IMG/VR virus record: IMGVR_UViG_3300042516_005475
Location: 62,001-126,000 of that record
DNA length: 64,000 nucleotides
Reading direction: 5' to 3' (one strand)
The notes beneath the pieces are model-generated. The model ran no database searches, was not told where the DNA came from, and saw nothing but the letters and a program-made list of their open reading frames with translations. The position numbers and the translations under genes were made by a program. This document shows, in pieces, positions 60,758 to 64,000 of the stretch. Position 1 is the stretch's first letter, and the number at the start of each line of letters is the position of its first letter.

Positions 60758-61075
60758 TTAATGTCTAAAGTGGTGATAGTGATGAAAAGTAGCAGGGAAA
60801 TACACAGTTACAGGGGTTGGGCAAACAATTCCAATAGGAGTTGGATATACAACCGGAGCAGGAGCTGGAACATATACAACAGGAGCAGGGGAATATATTA
60901 CCTGTCTTGGCAAATAAACAGGTGTTGTATAAACTACAGGAGCGGGAGTATAAACTACAGGAGCTGGGGTATAAAAAGGAATTCCAATGTTTACACTAAC
61001 TCCCCAACCTCCTGCATATGCAGAGGTTGTGATAAACAAACCAACTATTACCAACATTAACTTTTTCATAGTCAT
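60758..61075 (-). CDS. Secreted PXPV-repeat protein
   Basis: Signal peptide MKKLMLVIVGLFITTSAYA, then GVSVNIG, repeated PAPVVY and a His-rich tail. Start may be ATG 61069. Confidence 0.75.
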   Translation of the reverse strand: MTMKKLMLVIVGLFITTSAYAGGWGVSVNIGIPFYTPAPVVYTPAPVVYTTPVYLPRQVIYSPAPVVYVPAPAPVVYPTPIGIVCPTPVTVYFPATFHHYHHFRH

Positions 61076-61084
61076 ATATATTTA

Positions 61085-61723
61085 TTAGGTTTTAATAAAG
61101 ATCTTCCAGTCTTCATGTCTAATACTAACGTAGTGAGTGCCTGGAGCAGGAGCCTTAGGAACTCTTAAAAGCTTATATCCAGCCTCATCAGGCATTTTAT
61201 TACCAATCTTTTGATTGAGGGTAACATCGCAAAGCACCATGTTTTCCCATGAATCTTTCCCACCACGGCTCTTAGGTGTAACGTGATGAATACTACCATT
61301 ATGCTTATCAAGCTTCTTGCCGGTAAGCTGACAGATATAGTTATCCCGCTTCCAAATAGCAGTCTTAGTAACCCTTTCTAGACGTTTAGGCATAGAACCA
61401 TAGTTCTTAGCAATAAGAACAGTAGGAATTCGCATAATCCTATTGTTAGCACACTTAATAAATGGAGAGTATTTAAAAACTGGTTGAAAATACCATTCGT
61501 TGCGAGACACAGTCTTTATAGTGTAATTGGAATAATCATATCCAGTCACATTTCCAGTCTTAGAATCAGTTTGCTCTTTATAGTCGATGCAAATAGCCTC
61601 CCAGCCGTTAGAGTCTTCTTGGCTAAGAAACTGAGTCATGGTGTCTTTGACAGTTTTGGTTTCTCCAGTAAACTCCCAGTTCTTGTTTAGAACAATAGTA
61701 TAGACATCGTTTTCGACTGACAT
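61085..61723 (-). CDS. HNH endonuclease (McrA-like bacterial type)
   Basis: IWKRDNYICQLTG...SIHHVTPKSRGGKDSWENMVLC...N..IGNKMPDEAG. Upstream TTGCCA-N17-TAATAT (61758-61730). Confidence 0.85.
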   Translation of the reverse strand: MSVENDVYTIVLNKNWEFTGETKTVKDTMTQFLSQEDSNGWEAICIDYKEQTDSKTGNVTGYDYSNYTIKTVSRNEWYFQPVFKYSPFIKCANNRIMRIPTVLIAKNYGSMPKRLERVTKTAIWKRDNYICQLTGKKLDKHNGSIHHVTPKSRGGKDSWENMVLCDVTLNQKIGNKMPDEAGYKLLRVPKAPAPGTHYVSIRHEDWKIFIKT

Positions 61724-61758
61724 GCCTATATATTATCAGCTTTTAGAAATTTTGGCAA

Positions 61759-62463
61759 CTATTTTCCAGGATTTGTTTTTGGTTCATTAAAGAATTTAGA
61801 ACCTTTTAACTTTTTAATGGAATTTTCTACTCTTGTCTTGACTCCTGTTTCTGCTCCTTGAATACGACTTCTTATTAAATTAGTTGCTTGTTCTTTCTCA
61901 CCAGCTAAAAGCAACTTAGTTACATCGTATTTTAAATCCCCTCTATAAACTAAATCAAACAAGGCTTGTTGAGTGTTGTAATCATACTTAAAAAAGTCTG
62001 GATACAATCTTTTTAAAGTTGATAGTCTAGACTTAACGTCGTAATCTAATATCTTTTCTGCTTGCTGTTCAGTTAGTTCTGCAGGTTTTTGTTTGTTAAA
62101 GATTTCCTCAAATTTAAACTCAGGTATAACTTTATTAAAGATAGCCTTTGATTGGTTTGTATGCTTTAGGCTATGCCCCCAACCAATAGTAGGGTCTTTA
62201 GGTGCTCTATGCAACTTTTTAACTAGATTAAAATCAGAGCTACCCTCTCTCTTTTTTAGATCATGTTTAATTTTGTACATAAACTCTTCTTCAGAAGAAG
62301 GTTTAATAGATTTCTGAACTATAGCTGGTTGTTCTTTTTGAGGTATTTCTTTAGCAGCTCCAGGAGCAGCAATTAAACCAGCAGCAAGAAGACTTTTCCA
62401 ATCAAGCTTTTCTTCAACTTGATACTGCTTTAACACATCATTATATGTTTTAGAAAAGCTCAT
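61759..62463 (-). CDS. Lysozyme-like (GH24-type) muramidase
   Basis: LKKREG...PTIGWGH...LTEQQAEKILDYDV...QQALFDLVYRG. Confidence 0.7.
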   Translation of the reverse strand: MSFSKTYNDVLKQYQVEEKLDWKSLLAAGLIAAPGAAKEIPQKEQPAIVQKSIKPSSEEEFMYKIKHDLKKREGSSDFNLVKKLHRAPKDPTIGWGHSLKHTNQSKAIFNKVIPEFKFEEIFNKQKPAELTEQQAEKILDYDVKSRLSTLKRLYPDFFKYDYNTQQALFDLVYRGDLKYDVTKLLLAGEKEQATNLIRSRIQGAETGVKTRVENSIKKLKGSKFFNEPKTNPGK

Positions 62464-62825
62464 TGTGTAGGAGGTTGTGGGTTGATTGAAGCAGAGGTAA
62501 ATGTAGGTTTCTTAGGACCAGGTGGTAATCCTTGAGCTTTTCTTAAAGCATCGCTTAACGAGGAAACCATTGTTTGTAAATCCTTTATTTGCTTATATGA
62601 GTTCTGAACATAAGCATTAGTTTGCTGGTCAATTTTGCTTGGTTGAGCGTTTGGAGAACTATCTGTAGCAGCTTCTGTGTCTGAGTATTGAGACTTTACG
62701 CTTGTTTGTGGAGCGTTGATAAGCTGTTTACCACCCGGAGCAGTTAAATTAACCTTAGGTACAGCTGGCATCGTAATACCAGGAGCTTCTTCTAAAAGGC
62801 TCTTACACAATTGATCGAAAGTCAT
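62460..62825 (-). CDS. Hypothetical low-complexity protein
   Basis: Start refined to ATG 62825 (MTFDQLCKSLLEE) by TAAATA-N5-ATG; stop overlaps the lysozyme start. Confidence 0.65.
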   Translation of the reverse strand: MTFDQLCKSLLEEAPGITMPAVPKVNLTAPGGKQLINAPQTSVKSQYSDTEAATDSSPNAQPSKIDQQTNAYVQNSYKQIKDLQTMVSSLSDALRKAQGLPPGPKKPTFTSASINPQPPTQ

Positions 62826-62826
62826 G

Positions 62827-63999
62827 TTAATATTTATTGAAGCTATTAACAATTTTGTCAACTTCTGTTTGCACTGTATCAACAGATATGCTTTTCATAC
62901 AGTTTGCTCTAAACGGATTCAAATGATCTTTTATCCATTTTAAATGTTCAAAGTCTTCCTTTACTTTACCAACAATATATGTTGTAGACGGCCAAAACGC
63001 GTGATCATTATGAGCAGGAGTAACAACAATACCTTTTTTACCCATTAAGCCACACAAATGCTGAAAGAATGTATCTAAACCTAAAAAGAATCTACTAGTT
63101 ATTATTAAAGCAACTAACTCTCCAAAGCTTCTGTTAAAAAAGTATTCATTTACGTTATTAACTTTAAAATCTTCCTTAACACCTACTTGGATTATGTAAT
63201 AGCCTTTGCTTTGCAGATTAGAAACAATTTGTTCCCACCTACTAAACTCCCATGTTTTATTACTTAGCATTAACCCGTTACTTGGACCTTCTCTATTAGA
63301 AGCTGATGGAGCCAGCAATACTATCTCTTTACCAGAAAATTCGTTTCTTATTTTAGAAACATCATCTAAATTGTAAAAGTATTTCCATCTTCTATCATCA
63401 AACAGGTCTTCTTCTCCATTCATAGAGAAGTAAGCATACTCGAGTGTTTTGCTTTTATTTTCACTACCATGTTCGTAAACATTAAAACCTAACCCGTTTA
63501 ATTCCCACAAATCATATCTCATTTTTATATCACCTGATAAATCGTATAAAAATGGATAGGCTGTTCCTACAGTTAGACTATTAGTCTTTTTTAAAGATTC
63601 AAGAAGATTAAATGCACAAACGTTATCTCCAAGAGCCTCGTGAATATTAATCCATCTAGTGGAATTGTCTAATAATCTCTTTTCTTTCTTTGTTTCGAAC
63701 CTAGCTTTATCTTCTTTATGGTATTCCGGCTCACTAATTTCGTCTCCCATTCTAACTGCGAAATCGTAAATAGCCCACTCTAATGTTATATACTTAAAGT
63801 CTATACCACCAATCTTCCTAGCCTTTTTAATATCAGAAATATAAATGTATCCCTTTGTGTATTTTTTCTCAAAAGCAAATTCCTCTATGTTAAAGTCATC
63901 ATTTGTTAACAATACTTTTTTTGTTCTGCAAATGTTTATTAACTTATTCCAGTTATAAGCATTTTCATTTGTCTCATAACCTGTTTCACTGTGTCTGGT
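62827..63999 (-). CDS. GT9-family (heptosyltransferase-like) glycosyltransferase, 5' end outside the window
   Basis: Frame is open to the window edge. KTWEFSRWEQIV...IIQVG...ALIITSRFFLGLDTFFQHL...GKKGIVV...CMKSISVDTV. Confidence 0.75.
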   Translation of the reverse strand, partial: TRHSETGYETNENAYNWNKLINICRTKKVLLTNDDFNIEEFAFEKKYTKGYIYISDIKKARKIGGIDFKYITLEWAIYDFAVRMGDEISEPEYHKEDKARFETKKEKRLLDNSTRWINIHEALGDNVCAFNLLESLKKTNSLTVGTAYPFLYDLSGDIKMRYDLWELNGLGFNVYEHGSENKSKTLEYAYFSMNGEEDLFDDRRWKYFYNLDDVSKIRNEFSGKEIVLLAPSASNREGPSNGLMLSNKTWEFSRWEQIVSNLQSKGYYIIQVGVKEDFKVNNVNEYFFNRSFGELVALIITSRFFLGLDTFFQHLCGLMGKKGIVVTPAHNDHAFWPSTTYIVGKVKEDFEHLKWIKDHLNPFRANCMKSISVDTVQTEVDKIVNSFNKY

Positions 64000-64000
64000 A

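Noticed and set aside
60701-61060. 119-aa plus-strand ORF
   Set aside because: Starts inside the terminator hairpin and is antisense to the better-supported PXPV gene.
1-64000. Eukaryotic giant virus origin suggested by collagen, mucin, Kelch-like and GT60 content
   Set aside because: gp6/gp25/gp53-like baseplate genes, T4-type late promoters, intrinsic terminators, CCA-encoding tRNAs and an outer-membrane barrel indicate a tailed bacteriophage.

Overview
AT-rich, densely coding 64 kb segment of a large T4-like myophage genome read in the standard code; no CRISPR array, rRNA, integrase or reverse transcriptase is visible. Positions 1-17 kb hold a baseplate/tail module (gp26-, tape-measure-, gp48-, gp53-, gp27-, gp25- and gp6-like genes) interrupted by dUTPase and the clamp loader. 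Positions 17-43 kb hold very large putative virion proteins, four with mucin-like Thr/Pro linkers. The largest (3533 aa) has six 6-bladed Kelch-like propellers and three copies of an unknown Cys-containing domain. A GT60-type polypeptide GlcNAc-transferase and an HtrL/GT-A fusion sit in the middle of this block. Positions 43-54 kb are accessory: ClpC-type ATPase, DUF932, three tRNAs, HNH nucleases (one broken), an outer-membrane beta-barrel, flavodoxin-like and ferritin-like proteins, and class II RNR. Positions 54-64 kb encode a collagen/C1q fibre, a Gly-rich protein, a fibre chaperone, a 2OG-Fe(II) prolyl-hydroxylase-like enzyme, a PXPV protein, an HNH, a lysozyme and a GT9. The strongest candidate for a new system is a phage-encoded protein O-glycosylation/proline-hydroxylation pathway that would give the virion a mucin- and collagen-like coat. 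A second strong signal is a TAAATA-N5-ATG architecture implying leaderless late mRNAs. All family calls come from motif recognition by eye, not from database searches.
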